Of a stretch of DNA of 64,000 nucleotides, positions 13,442-26,800 are shown piece after piece; the first letter of the stretch is position 1; every line of letters begins with the position of its first letter. A model generated the notes under the pieces. That model made no database searches, had not been told where the DNA came from, and worked only from the letters and a program-made list of their open reading frames with translations. The position numbers were made by a program, and so were the translations under genes. The stretch covers positions 1,054,001-1,118,000 of the forward strand of contig OZ176052.1 in NCBI GenBank assembly GCA_964247055.1. The letters are read 5' to 3'. The stretch comes from Paragordius varius. Its lineage: Eukaryota > Animalia > Nematomorpha.

Positions 13442-16400
13442 ATGACAAACTTATTGGTCTTCAGGAGTTTTACTTACCTTATTTTCTGGATCTATTCTTT
13501 GTGGAGCGATAAAACAGTCGTTGAAAGTCGATACCTTAGAAATTTTCCAACGAGTCAGCTGGTCAGTTTAGGGGACCTGAATATAGGCGCCCTCTACGAA
13601 ATTTATGAACGGAATGCCGAACGCGGTGTAATGTGTAGCAACTCCTACAACGATTATTCCATAGTTAATGCACTGAGCATTGTATATACATTGGGGGTTT
13701 GGAATGAACGATTATTCCAACCCGAATACAACCTTACCATTGGGTACGTTATGTTACCTACCTGTCGTAAACAGGGTACTTCACAGGTAATAATTTTAAA
13801 CATGTAAAAAATTAAACAAATTTAAGGATTGAAAACAAAATAAAGGTGGCAAATAGTTTTTGCAAAGACAACAATTTTTTAAAACTTGATTTTTTTCTCT
13901 CCCAATTGCCAAATATATACATTGTGGTACTATCTTAAATCTTTCCATCAAATCGATCGGTTAAAGGACTTTTTTATAATTTTTATTTAAAAAGTTTTTA
14001 CGTTTTGTTTTCATTTTAATTTTTACTGTATTTTCCATGTAATTGTTCCCTTTTTTGTAAACCATATTGTAAGGCCGTAATCGTTCAAATTAAAATATAT
14101 AAGCTTTAATAGGGTCAAAAACCTTCTATTGAAAAATAAAAATAATAATTAAATTTTTTAAGTGTTAGTTATTTTTTAACAACAAATAGTTTGATCCATT
14201 TCTATAATTTATCTCATGTAATAAACATAGGAAACCATATTAACTGCTTACGTTTTTAAGCGGCCATACTATGAAAGGCATAATATCTGTGACCTAACTA
14301 CATATATTATAAAGTTAGGTTATAACTACCAGGTGTAGTCATAAGTTATTACCGGTTTAACTAAGAGAAGGCGGTGATGAAAAATGCACCGACGATTAAT
14401 TTGATATAAGTCTTATATCATGCATTAAATTACGAACATAAATTGAGTCAACCAAAAGATAGCGTCTTGCCTGAAAAACATTTACACAACTTATTGCTTT
14501 TCTCAGTAAGTTCAGAAGAAAAAGGATGTTAAAATCATCATTTGTTTGGAAAAACATATGGTGAACATGCCCGCTCTATTGATTGAAACATGTACATAGT
14601 TTCGAAAATTCAAAAGTTGTGATTTCGATGCGAAAGACAGTCGGTACTTTGGCAGCAAGCTATTGGATGATGATCCAACTCAACCCAAGAGCAATTGTCA
14701 GAAGCCTATCACAAAAAACACTCAGCAGATGTCTACGAGCAACGATAAAGACCAATAAACTCGGTAAAGGCACAAAATTTGGATCAGAAATCGCAAAGTG
14801 ACTATTTCATTGAATTGTGAGATTATTTAAGATGTGGCGTTTATTTGCAAATTTAAGCGAAAAATGTGGTTTTCAACTCGCCACCGGTCTATCAACACTA
14901 AAGCCAAATCAATTCGGTAAAACCATGTATGTCTGGGGGGACCAGAGGGGTTTTGTATATTACCAGTTTTGGAAGCCTAGTTTAACCGATGCACAACGGC
15001 ATCGCTAACAAATGTTTGATTTAAACCATGTATTAATCGAAAAAGACCAGGATTGACCAGAAGACAAGGCAAATTATTTTGCATGACAATGCTCCGTCTC
15101 ACACAGCAAAATTAGTTAAAGACACCTTAAAATCGGTTCGTTGGGAAACTCTTGCATTCGTATCCGACGTACTCTTCAGACCTGGCGCCATTTGACTAAT
15201 AGCTCTTTGAATCAATGGGGCACCCCCTCGCAGAATAGCACCTCAATAATTTTGAAGATGTTGGAAAATGGCCTGACAAATGGTTTGCCAAAAAGACAAT
15301 CAGTTGGGACAGCATTCATTTATTAGCTGAAAGATGGGAAGAAAATATGTAGAAGCTGGAAAATTTTCTAATAAAATAAAAACCGTTTTTTAAGATAATA
15401 CAGTTTTCGTAGTAAAAAAATTGGTAAATATTTGAATAGTACTATTTAATTAAATCTTCATTCCCCTACTATGTGTATTATGCCAGTTTCATTTAAGAGC
15501 CCTTTAAATAATAAATTTTTAAATGCAAATTGTTTCTGATTAGATTCAATGCATCATATTGAATTCAATCAAAGATCGTATCCATTTACGCGGAATAATT
15601 GGGCCAACATCTAGTTATGAAAGTAGATTTATTTCACCCTTTTTGGGTTTTCACGAAATACCTCACATTAGCCCTGAAGTTAACTCTGCAAGCTTAACGG
15701 GACGAGCGTAAGTGTCATAATTACAAATATAAAATGAATAAAAGCATATATATATAAGAGACGCTGCGCGGTTATTTATAACTCGAATATATCATTATGT
15801 ATTAGTTGATAATAATGTTCTTTTCTATAGATCTTTTACCATTTTTACAAAAAATAACATCAATATTGTGTTTGTAGGGTTATAAATAAGTTATGGGGAT
15901 ATGTATCTTACAACTTATAAAATGACTAATTGATATTTATCCGTTATCGTAAATTATATTATGGTATTAACCCATGTTACATATTCTCTTTACTATTTAG
16001 TTATGAATATCTGTTTACCATTATCACCAATCAGGAAGTTTATTTGAACGGAATCCTTGATTTATTCCAATATTTTGGATGGAATCAATTTACCATTATA
16101 TATTCGGAGTATCCTTTTTATCATTGGTTCGTACAACAATTGAATCAACGAACCCCTAACCTAAAAATGTGTATACTAGATACTATCATGATACCTTTTG
16201 AGATTATTTTTACGCAAACATATTCAAAAAAATCGCCCAGTATTGAAGAATCTTTCAGGGAACTGCTTCAAAGACCAGGGCCCCAGTTAGTTGTACTTGT
16301 TTGTTCTCTCAACCATCTCCTGTATAGCTTAGTGCGCTTAAAAGAACTTAGTGCTGAAATTGCGTATAACAAGCAGTTGTTATTTGTTGGCTTGGACACC

Positions 16401-18706
16401 TGGCCTTCGACCTACAACCTACGTCTGTATAATTTGACCGATTTCGCAGCTGGCTCCATAGTTATATATGACATAACGACGGATAGTAATTCGTTTCGGG
16501 ATTGGTTAAAGAAATTATCATCTATGAATACGTCCTTGACCCAATACCCCTGGGTTTCTCACCTCGATGCCAACTTACAGGGGCTGAGTGAAGAGGGTCT
16601 TTCCTCCATAGTTGATGACAGAGTCTCAACTAACATAGATGCGGCTACGGCCATGCTCTATGCCATAGATGATATTATACGTGGGGAATGTAAGAGGTTT
16701 GTCAGTCAACCCAATGCTTCTCCGAACAAGAGCGAATTAGTTTCATGTGTTTACGCAGCCAATCTCCGTAATTACATCCTTAATGTCAGTTTTAACGGAC
16801 TTACGGGGCACGTGAGTTTTGGTCGGTCAAGACCATTGGAGACCGATGATCGTTTCACGCTAAGCTATGGAAACTATTTACAAATCGGTCATCAAAACAA
16901 TTATAGCTTAGGTCGTCATGGGCAGCTGCTGGAGAATCGAACCGTTATCATTAGTCGACCCTTTGTTTGGAAGAATTATTCGTTTGCTACGCAAATTGAA
17001 GCACCCCCATTCCGATGCACTCCACCCTGTAAACCTTTTGAACAAATGGTAACGCGTGACAAAGTATGTTGTTGGGGTTGTCGCACATGTGGAAGGCGAC
17101 AAATTTTTACACCGCCTGAGGCGTTAGCTAATAATAGCTTTAATCCTTGTATGTCATGTCCGCCATTTACATGGCCCGTATTTAATCTCACGTATTGTCG
17201 AGCCTTACCCATTGCACATGTCAACAGTGTTAGATGGTATCCTTTTTTAGTGTTTCTTGGAGTCCTGGGGCTTTTACTAGTCATTATACTTCTCATATAC
17301 TATGTAATCTATCGGAACACGGTCAAATATCAATTCGAGTACCGTCCCTTGCTTTATGCGCAATACTTAGCAATACTGTTGGGATTCATAGCACTTTTCC
17401 TGTTAATTTCAAATCGACCCAATCCACGTATTTGTGGAAGTGCTACTTTCCTGTATCTTATAACTGTAGCTTTGATACTGGGCGTTATATTGGCAAAACA
17501 ATACATTATATTACGGAAACAGAGGGCTAAGGGAAAATCAGCCAGATCAATTGAAAAAATGGGATTTGTCTTGTTGCTTATCATTGTCATTGTGCAGGTA
17601 TTAATTTTCTTCTATGATAAAACATTTATTTTAAATGAGGAAAAGAGTTTTTTTATTATTCTTGTTTACGAAACATAGGTGCCAAATTTGTGTTATTATT
17701 AATAACTTATTTTCTCTATTTTTTTCACATCTAGATAATTTGGATAATCTTGGATTTTGCCGATGGCACCTCGTCCTATAAAGTTGAAATAGTTCCAGAT
17801 AGTTTTCTTACGTTTCTGGACACGGCCAGAACAAATATTATAAATGCATCGGCCACAACTACGCCGATAGTAAAACGAACTTGGATAGCAAGGTTACAGG
17901 AAAGGTTTGCAATGGCCGAAAGCGCCGCACAAACGCAAGAATTTTGCATGCCTTATTTGTGGCCTGCTGAATTACTCATCTTGGGTATCATGTATCATTT
18001 GGTGCTTATAGTCATCATTTTGATACAGAGTGTCATCCTTTATCAAACATTTTTCCAGCGCTACAAGGAGATTAATAAGTTACAAGCTCAAACTATCATA
18101 ACTATACTCTCGTACGTGGTTGGTGTCCTGTTTTATTACATATGGGTCGGGCTTAGGGCTCACATATGCATATTGCTAGTGTTTTGTATCATTCTTTTCA
18201 CTCAACTCTATTTTGCGTTTGCCATTTCCAACGTACTTCGCGGCGGTCAACGTGTTCCCATGACAACCTCAGGAGCAGGGGGTGGCGGAACTGCCAATAG
18301 TATTCCTAACAGACCCTTAACGCCCCGAAAAAATTACCCGTCTAGCATGAATAGCGATACTAAAATAGGAGTAGACGACGTCTCACCTCTAAATGATAAC
18401 ATGAACAATAACATAGCTACTAATCAGCCTGGAGACCTAGACTTAATATCAGACCCCCAAATAATTGATCAGAAAAATATGGAAAAAGCAGGGATGATGG
18501 AAAATGAAATGGTTTACGGTGCCGATTATGGGGAGGAGCCCAATGAACAAAAAAATGAAAATGAAAAAGATGAAATAGCTATTCATGATTATGATGATAA
18601 TTCCACAAACACGAAAAATGTCGCAGTTGGTGACACAGTATTAACTGCTAATGATGAAAAAATTAATGATATTAAAGGCATTGATGATAAGAAGAAAATG
18701 GATTGA
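13442..18706 (+). CDS. Divergent class C (mGluR-like) GPCR, 4 exons (13442-13786, 15544-15707, 16001-17597, 17735-18706), 1025 aa; alternative start 13409
   Basis: Signal peptide; Venus flytrap motifs GDLNIGAL, TIG..LPTC, GIIGPTSS, IPHIS, FGW, FNGLTGHVSF; nine-Cys domain CTPPC..CCWGCRTC..CMSCP..WP....YC; seven hydrophobic segments; acidic C-tail. Exons sum to 3078 nt. Confidence 0.9.
14329..15452 (+). mobile_element. Decayed mariner (DD34D, Mos1/mauritiana-like) in GPCR intron 1
   Basis: Left end TA-CCAGGTGT (Mos1 TIR starts CCAGGTGTAC). Fragments FRKFKSCDFD, KPNQFGKTMYVWGDQRGFVYY, HDNAPSHTAKLVKDTL (15082), YSSDLAPFD (15170), SMGHPLAE, LAERWE. Stops and frameshifts present; right TIR degenerate, so the end is approximate. 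Confidence 0.9.
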
Positions 18707-18819
18707 AATGAAAATAGACATTAGGTAAATAGGTGGAAATGTATGTCCCTTATAAATATTCTTCCATAGCTAATCCTATTTTTTTGACCAAATATCTCTT
18801 TTTATGTTTGTGATACCTA

Positions 18820-18853
<34 letters not shown>

Positions 18854-19261
18854 GAGATATTCATTCATAATTATACAATGTGATTTTTATCAAAAAATTT
18901 TAATTTATAATTTAATTATTATTACAAAATAATAAATTCTTTATTGTGAATTTAGTTTATCCTATAGTATCTAACGTAACTCATACCAAAATGTCTAACT
19001 TATAACAATAAAAATTGCAAATAAAAAATACAGGATAACTTATGAATTGGAAAAAGTATCTGGCTTAATATAGTGAATGAGTTTAACTATAAATCACTCC
19101 CCATCATTGATTTGTTTTTCTTTTTGATTCCATTATCTTTCCAATTCTCAAATACATATTTATCATTATATTTTTAATTCCTTCTCTCGTAATTTCTATA
19201 CAATTTTTTTGGATTTCAAAATCCATATGACTCATATTAAACTAGGAAATAATTTTACTTA

Positions 19262-20771
19262 ATGAATCACATTGAATGGATTTTAGTCTTGTTATCAATT
19301 ACAACTTTTGAATTCCATATTACAGCAGTTGCCATATCAGACCTTACACCTATAAAATTTAATGGGTTTTTCCTCGATGTTTTGGGTAAAAAAAGTTTGA
19401 GCATTGATAAAAGTAAACTTATAACCAATAGTATCGCCAATGTTTCTGTTACAAATGGAGGAGGGAGTCTTACAAGGAGAGATGGAAAAAAAGTTTCTTT
19501 GGCTGTAAAACAGCCATCTTATCAAAATAAATATGTTGCCCCCAGACGCATTTTAAAGCTTCGGAAAGACAACTCCACCTCTCTTAAATTGCTATCCAAA
19601 AATAAAGATCCTAAAATTTTCAAAAGTTCGACCAAAATCCCTGATAATACCATAGGAACTACTGGTAAAATTTTTATGAATTAGTTTTTCTATTTTTATA
19701 TGACAATAATAATTAATTGAGATTATACAGACAAAAAAAACATTAAGATAATTATTTTCAAAAGACCGCTGTACCATTTTAAACTTGTGATTTTTTTGAG
19801 TATATCTCATTTTAAGTATGTAATGAATTGGCAGGTAACACAATCAATTATATATATTATAATTATACTTAAATAATTTATAAAGGTTTATAAACCCTAA
19901 GTATAGAAATCTTTCTTTTGAATAAGATATATGTGGCTTTATGCTTTTACGTTTTGTCTGTATAAATAACTAATTCAATTTTTATTGTAATTAAATATGG
20001 TTTTTTTCGCGGGTTAGATCCCTCTGAAACATTAGCACATTTAAATCACAGTATAAATGCTTCTCCTTTTGTACCAGCAAAACATACAGATGGAACATTT
20101 GAAATATCCAACATTCTAAAATCCTTATTAGAGACTTATGATGTACGATTAAGACCCAATTTCGGCGGTATCTAATTAATTTTATTATAAACTAAAAAAT
20201 GTATCAATTTTTTTAACGAAAGTTTCAATATAAAATATTATTTTCTTAGCTCTTAAATTATAATTTAAAAAAAATAATCCAAATACTTCTTGTATCGCTT
20301 ATTAATTTTGTAAATATATTGTTCAAAATAAATTATGATTTTGATTGGTTTTTGCTAATTGGATTTTACGCTTGATTTAAGATTCCGTATGCTACGAAAC
20401 ACACATTAATCACAACACGTAAATTTGCATATCAAAATTAATAATTATATATATAGGAAATTGATTATAAAAAAAATTAAAAAATCTATAAAATCCGAAA
20501 ATATTTATGCAGAAATAATAAGAAAAAATTAATTAATTTGCATTTTTCTCACATTAACAAAATAATAAACGAATTGAGTGAAATAACTATTTTGCTTAAT
20601 TTCGATAATCTACTGAAATCTTTAATATTTGTTGCCAAGTAAATTAATATCAAGCACAAGTTAGATAAAATGAAAATTTTGTCATTATAATGATAGATTT
20701 TTAGTAATTTTGTCATTTCATTGTCACATATCTCTCCAAACAAATCACAAGACGTTAAATCAAATTTTTGG

Positions 20772-20816
<45 letters not shown>

Positions 20817-23800
20817 TTAAAAAGGTTTATATTATATAGCATTATGATTTATACATTTTCTTGTATATATAAATCTCAGGGGATCCAGTTTATGTGGGAA
20901 TTTCGCTACGCATCTCAAATTTTGATAGTATGTCAGAAGTCAATATGGTATACTTGCTGTTCTTATTTATAATGTCATTTATTGTTTTTTATCTATTATA
21001 TACAAGTGTTTACATAAAGTATTTGGTGGTTTTGAAAAAATAGCTATCTATAATTATAGGATTAGCTAAATATTTGGGATTTTTAAGGTTTTTCACTTTT
21101 TACTAATACCTCCATTTAATTAATTGTCTTAAAACCACCCTTTGGTAGTTAATTATTTATTGCTTTAAAACTTTAATTTTCTAGAAAGTCTATTACAGCA
21201 TTTTTATAAAATCATCTGGTCTCAGGGTATAAAAAATTAATATCCAGCGTTTTCGTATTGGAACTACTACTGGGTTTTAAAATTTAGCAATAGATAGTGA
21301 GACATTTTGGCCATGTCGCATGTTTATAAAACAAATCGAATCAAATCGTCGTAAACTAATGTCAAAAATGATTTTAATTAAAAAGAGTTAAGTTAGGTTA
21401 TTGAAATGACAGGAAAATATTATTTTTAATTGATGTAAAATAAATATTTGTTTTTATTACTGGTTAATTTTTAGTATTTGAAAATATATTATGTAAAAAA
21501 CAAAGGAGTGGCCATTGATATTTTCTTCCATGTAATAGTATTAACAATTTAACCCTAAAACTGATATTTATGAAGGGCGCGGTTTCGTTAGGAAAACGAT
21601 AGTCCAGTTCAATTTTATAATTATTATTTTTGCCACTTGATAGAAGTTTTTTAATGTTTTATCTTTATGCCGGCACCTATTTTTAAATAATCCCTAACAA
21701 AATTTGTTAGATTAAATGTTTCCGATTGTATCTTGGTTTTGGATTATTAATTTTCGACTCTAACTCTTAAACATTGCCATGATATGGCTTTGTCTAACAT
21801 TATTTTTCATAAATTTTAGTCATCAAATACAGTATGAGTAAATATACATTGCTAGTTTTTCATTTAGCATTGATTACTGGATAGTATTTACAGTAATAAG
21901 CAATATTTTAGCCTAAAAGCGAGAAAAAATAAATAAATTTTTAATGGTTTTTCCTTATTATAAGGGCTCCAGTACCCCTGCCTTGTTACAGTAAATATTG
22001 AAATTATACGGATGAAACGGCAAAATAAAGACAAATTTTTTTTACAAAAAACATCCCCATACTTTTTTAAGCTGGGATTATTGCTATCATAATTCATCGT
22101 TTTAGGTTGCAAAATAAGGAGTAGCGACGAAATGGATAATTTCTCAATTACATAATAATTGGGAAATTATAAAGTTTATTTAGAAATATCGGGATTCAAA
22201 AAGTATGGTTGTTATATAAAAAAGATGATTGTCTTTTAATTTCTACATTTTGTCCGTACAATTTAAATTTTTCCTGTAAATTTATAAATATCACTCTAAA
22301 CCTAAAATGCTTTTAACTTTAAAAACAATGACCTTATGGGAAATTCGAAAAAAGTGCCTGAATAACCAGCATAAAATAAGCCTATATTCCCCTTTTCTAA
22401 GAGAGCTTATAAACGACATTTTTAAAAAAAAACATATTCATAATTTTAGATATGAAATTAAAATATTTTAAAGCTCTTAATTTTATTTTTACAGTAATTG
22501 AAATTATACGGACGAAACGTAAAAATATAAAGACAAATAGTTTTACTTAAAAACAACCATACTTTTTAAAACTTTAATTTTTCTCATAAAAGCTATTTAG
22601 TTACAATTGTAAAATCTAGAATTGATTGTGTTAATAATATATATCCCTACGTTTTGACATTTGGAACAATGAGTTATATTGAAATAAATCAAAATTTAAA
22701 TAGTATGATTGTCTTTTTTAAAAAAATATTTGTCTTTATATTTTAACATTTTGTCCGTATAATTTCAGTTTTTACTGTATATTTATAAAATAGGATTATA
22801 CAATAACGCTTTTGTTGTACCAATATTGGCGCGATGACAGACTAGATTGGGGAGGGAATCCAAATACCAGAATATCTTTGCCAGCTTCAGTTTCAGAAGC
22901 CATTTGGGTCCCGGACACCTTTATAGCTAATGATAAAAATTCTTTCCTGCACGAAATCACTGAAACCAATAAACTTATATGGCTGTATGGAGACGGTACA
23001 ATTATCTATGGGTTAAGGTAGTGTAATTTCACATTTTAATATGTGGTTAAAAACTTTTCAGGTTTAACTTATAATTCTGCCACTGTAAAAAGAGATTTGA
23101 AATTATACATTATAAAGTAACTCTTGTTTGTTTTATATTATCTAAAAGATTCACTACAACGTTGGCATGTATGATGAATTTGCGAAATTATCCATTGGAT
23201 GAGCAAAATTGTACCGTAGAGATAGAAAGCTGTAAAATTTTTACACTTTTATTATTATTGAATATCAATATTTTTAGGTGCTTAATATACAGTAAAAACA
23301 AAAAATGGCCATATTAAAAAACATTTAATAAACACTTTATTGTTGGCCAATAAAATTTTTGCCAAATTATTTTAACAAGTAAAGCTAAAAGGAAAGAAAA
23401 GGGCAGACGACGAGTTGTTATAAATTTGAATGGAGGAGTTATTAAAAACTTTTTTAATACCCTTTAAGATTTATAGTCTGCTTACCTACCTATTGTGTTA
23501 AATAAATATTTTAATTTTACAAAAGATGGTTACACAACCTCAGACGTCATAATGTATTGGCATGGGAATGAATCGGTTCAAGGCTTAAATGAAATGAGTG
23601 TATCTGTGTTTGATCTTAAAGATCACAATGTTATAACCACGTTAGAATCTTTACCCACAGGTAATTGGCAATTCTAAATTTTATGGATATGGATATTGTA
23701 AAAAGATTTAAAATACATAACAAGTTAAAGGAAATTTTTCATCTTCTTTTGAATTAAGCCTTATGCATTTTCTTTTATACCGCCCAAAATTGGGGTCCGA

Positions 23801-26800
23801 AAATTCTGGTTGGACAAGAAGTTAAACTACCCACAAATAATCCCTATTATAAATATAATTTTTTTGCTTTTTTTATTTTTTTCCCCTAAATAATTCCCTT
23901 AAGCCAATAAGAGGTCTTTATGCTAATATTAATTCCATTTATTTATATATAGGTGATTATCAAAGATTATCTCTTAGTTTCCATTTTAAACGTAACATTG
24001 GATACTTTATATTCCATACATATCTGCCCACCATTCTCATAGTTTTATTGTCATGGGTGAGTTTTTGGATAAATCATGAAGCCACCTCAGCTCGCATAGC
24101 CTTGGGTAAGATTATTAATTAAACAATTTTCGAACTGAGATGGAATTTTCAAATTCCGATTGAAAAGGGCAAATAGGATGGATGTTAAATTTTTACCCTT
24201 TTCTCATCCATAATTGAAACAAATACAAGTATTAAATCATTTCTTTTTTCAATGATAAGTTTTCGTCATAATTTTTTGACACTTTTAGATTCTAGAACCA
24301 ATTTTCATATATATACCATTTACAGTTCAAATTCACCCTTGAACAATTCGAATTCACCTTAAAAATAAACTATGTGTTTTCGAACTAATATAACTCATTA
24401 TTAATATGAAATATATGTTTATCGTATAGTTTATTTTCTTCAGTATTTTTCAATTTAAAACAAAACTTTTATTTTTTAAAAAAAATATATATAATATAGG
24501 TAATTTTTAATCTTAAAAAATATATATTTTATTTGAGGGTGAATTTGAATTGTTTGCGGGTGAATTTGAATTGTTTGAGGGTGAATTTAAATTGTTCAAG
24601 GATGAATTTGAATTGTTTAAGGGTAAATTTGAATTGTTCAAGGGTAAATTTGAATTGTTCAAGGGTGAATTTGAATTGTTCAAGGGTGAATTTGAATAGT
24701 TTGAGGGTGGATTTGAATTGTTCAGTGAATTTGAAAATTGAATTGTGAATGGTATATATTATATTAGGAATTACAACTGTACTAACCATGACAACTATCA
24801 GTAGTGGCGTCCGATCTACATTACCTCGAATCTCGTATGTTAAGGCCATTGACATTTACTTGGTTGTGTGTTTTATGTTCGTTTTTGCGGCACTTTTGGA
24901 ATATGCTGCAGTGAATTACACTTACTGGGGCTCCAAAATCCGTGAAACGAAACTATCCCAGGAAAAATTTCCATCAAAAAAAGTTTCAAATTCTGACAAA
25001 AACAAAAAACGATTATCGCCGACTCTTATAAATAATAAGAATGCAACAGACACAAAGCTACAATGGGCTGCTCAATACTTAAGAAGGGCTGGGAAAAATT
25101 CAATCTTTGGGCATTCTACCCTATTAAATGGTGCTAGTCACCATCTTACAACACATAAATGGCGGACAACTGGGAAAAAGACCACCCCTAACGTTATGGG
25201 GCATGTTGGAGCTCAGAAACGAAAGAGTATCGTGGCAAAACTTATGCAACCAGCTAAGGATAAGGTTTTTAAGGTTAGTCTAAAAAAATATGTGAATATA
25301 AACTGATATAAATTTTTTGTATAAAAATGTATATGGTACATAAGCCTGATGCTAAAAATTTTTTATTTAATTGATTAAAATTACCTAGGGATTAACCAGA
25401 TTGTATTAAATTTAATAATTAAAAATTCTATATTTAATTAATTCTTATTAGAGTTTTATCAATGGTATCTATATACCATATGTCGAAATTAGTAGAAGTA
25501 TATAGATGTAAATATTATAAATCCATTTAAATTAAGGAAAAACCATCAATGTATCACAAGAAAAACAATGTCGTACGAGATTTCAAACCCGCAAGTAACG
25601 AAGGGAGCATAAAAGAAAAACGAGAAACGTTAACCGATGATGATATGTTGTATGTTTTGCACTTAAAACCTGTCCCTATGCTCGTGAGAGGCACGGGTGA
25701 GATTTATGCCTCCGATGATGTCATAATCAAGGAAAATGGTGACAAAAATGAACAAACAGTATATAGTTTTAATTTTAGTTTAAATTAGCATTTATTTAAT
25801 AAGTCAACTAATCGAAATGCGCATGCATTATGTTAATAGCCTACACCCTAAAACTCTTTTGATAATTGCACATAGCGATAGATAAAAATATTATAATAAA
25901 TGCTCCACAAAAACCTATTATATAACGGTGTAAATATTATCTAAGGTCCATAAGTCTCACCCTTTGTGCCTTGTAATAGTGGATAAAAATATTAGATTTT
26001 AGGTTTTGATTATTTATATTCGAAATAAGTTTGAAAAATATATGATGTATTTTATAACGACAAATGCCATTATATAATAAATATTTTTAACCATATACAT
26101 TCATTATGAAATACAGCAATCTAGCACCCCAAAACAATCCGTAATAGCACAAATGTTGGGCGTGAAAAAGAAACCATCGTTTAGATTGATGCCAACAAGG
26201 TTAAGTCAAGCTGCACATTACAAAAATATGATGGATAAATCGGTTCTAAGTCATTGGGATTTACTTAATCCTTGGTCGTCCTCCATCATAGAAAATTCTG
26301 GTGAAAGTTATGCCACTGAAAAACACTTTAGGGTGGACCCAGAAATGAAAGAAGAAAATGCTTGTGAAGCAACACTACCTATAAAACAATCAAAAAGTTT
26401 TGCAGATTTTAGAGATTCCCCTAATCTAATGGCTCCTCAAGACAAAATGGATTCAATCGAAACAGAAACAGCTGTTAAGGAACCAAGTAAAATGAAAAAA
26501 GCTCTGATATTTGATAAATACTGTAATGATCAGCAGCATAATAAACAACAACCTGCAAGAAAAAATCATAATTTTCCAATGTCGCAATATCATAATGATT
26601 CAAATGAACTCTTGGGTGGTCGACGCTTCAAGAAAATGGCGACCGGAGTAGGTGGACAATTCAAGCATCAAGCCAAACGACTAAAACAGCTGATTCCCGT
26701 AATCACAAACGTGAATGTGATTGATAGATATTCTCGCATAATATTCCCTGTTTCATTTCTCCTCTTTAATATCGTATATTGGTTTTACTATGGCTGTAAA

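Noticed and set aside
15831-15930. Apparent GPCR exon with ISYG after a TATAG acceptor
   Set aside because: It contains in-frame stops. The true exon 15544-15707 supplies GIIGP and IPHIS and splices in phase to 16001.
16908-17590. Antisense and alternate-frame ORFs in the track overlapping the GPCR
   Set aside because: These are shadows of a GC-richer coding exon.
24529-24855. Repetitive ORFs (EQFKFTL, VNLNCSR), or a possible CRISPR-like array
   Set aside because: They arise from a 21-bp tandem repeat (a multiple of 3) with no spacers, inside an intron of a eukaryotic gene.
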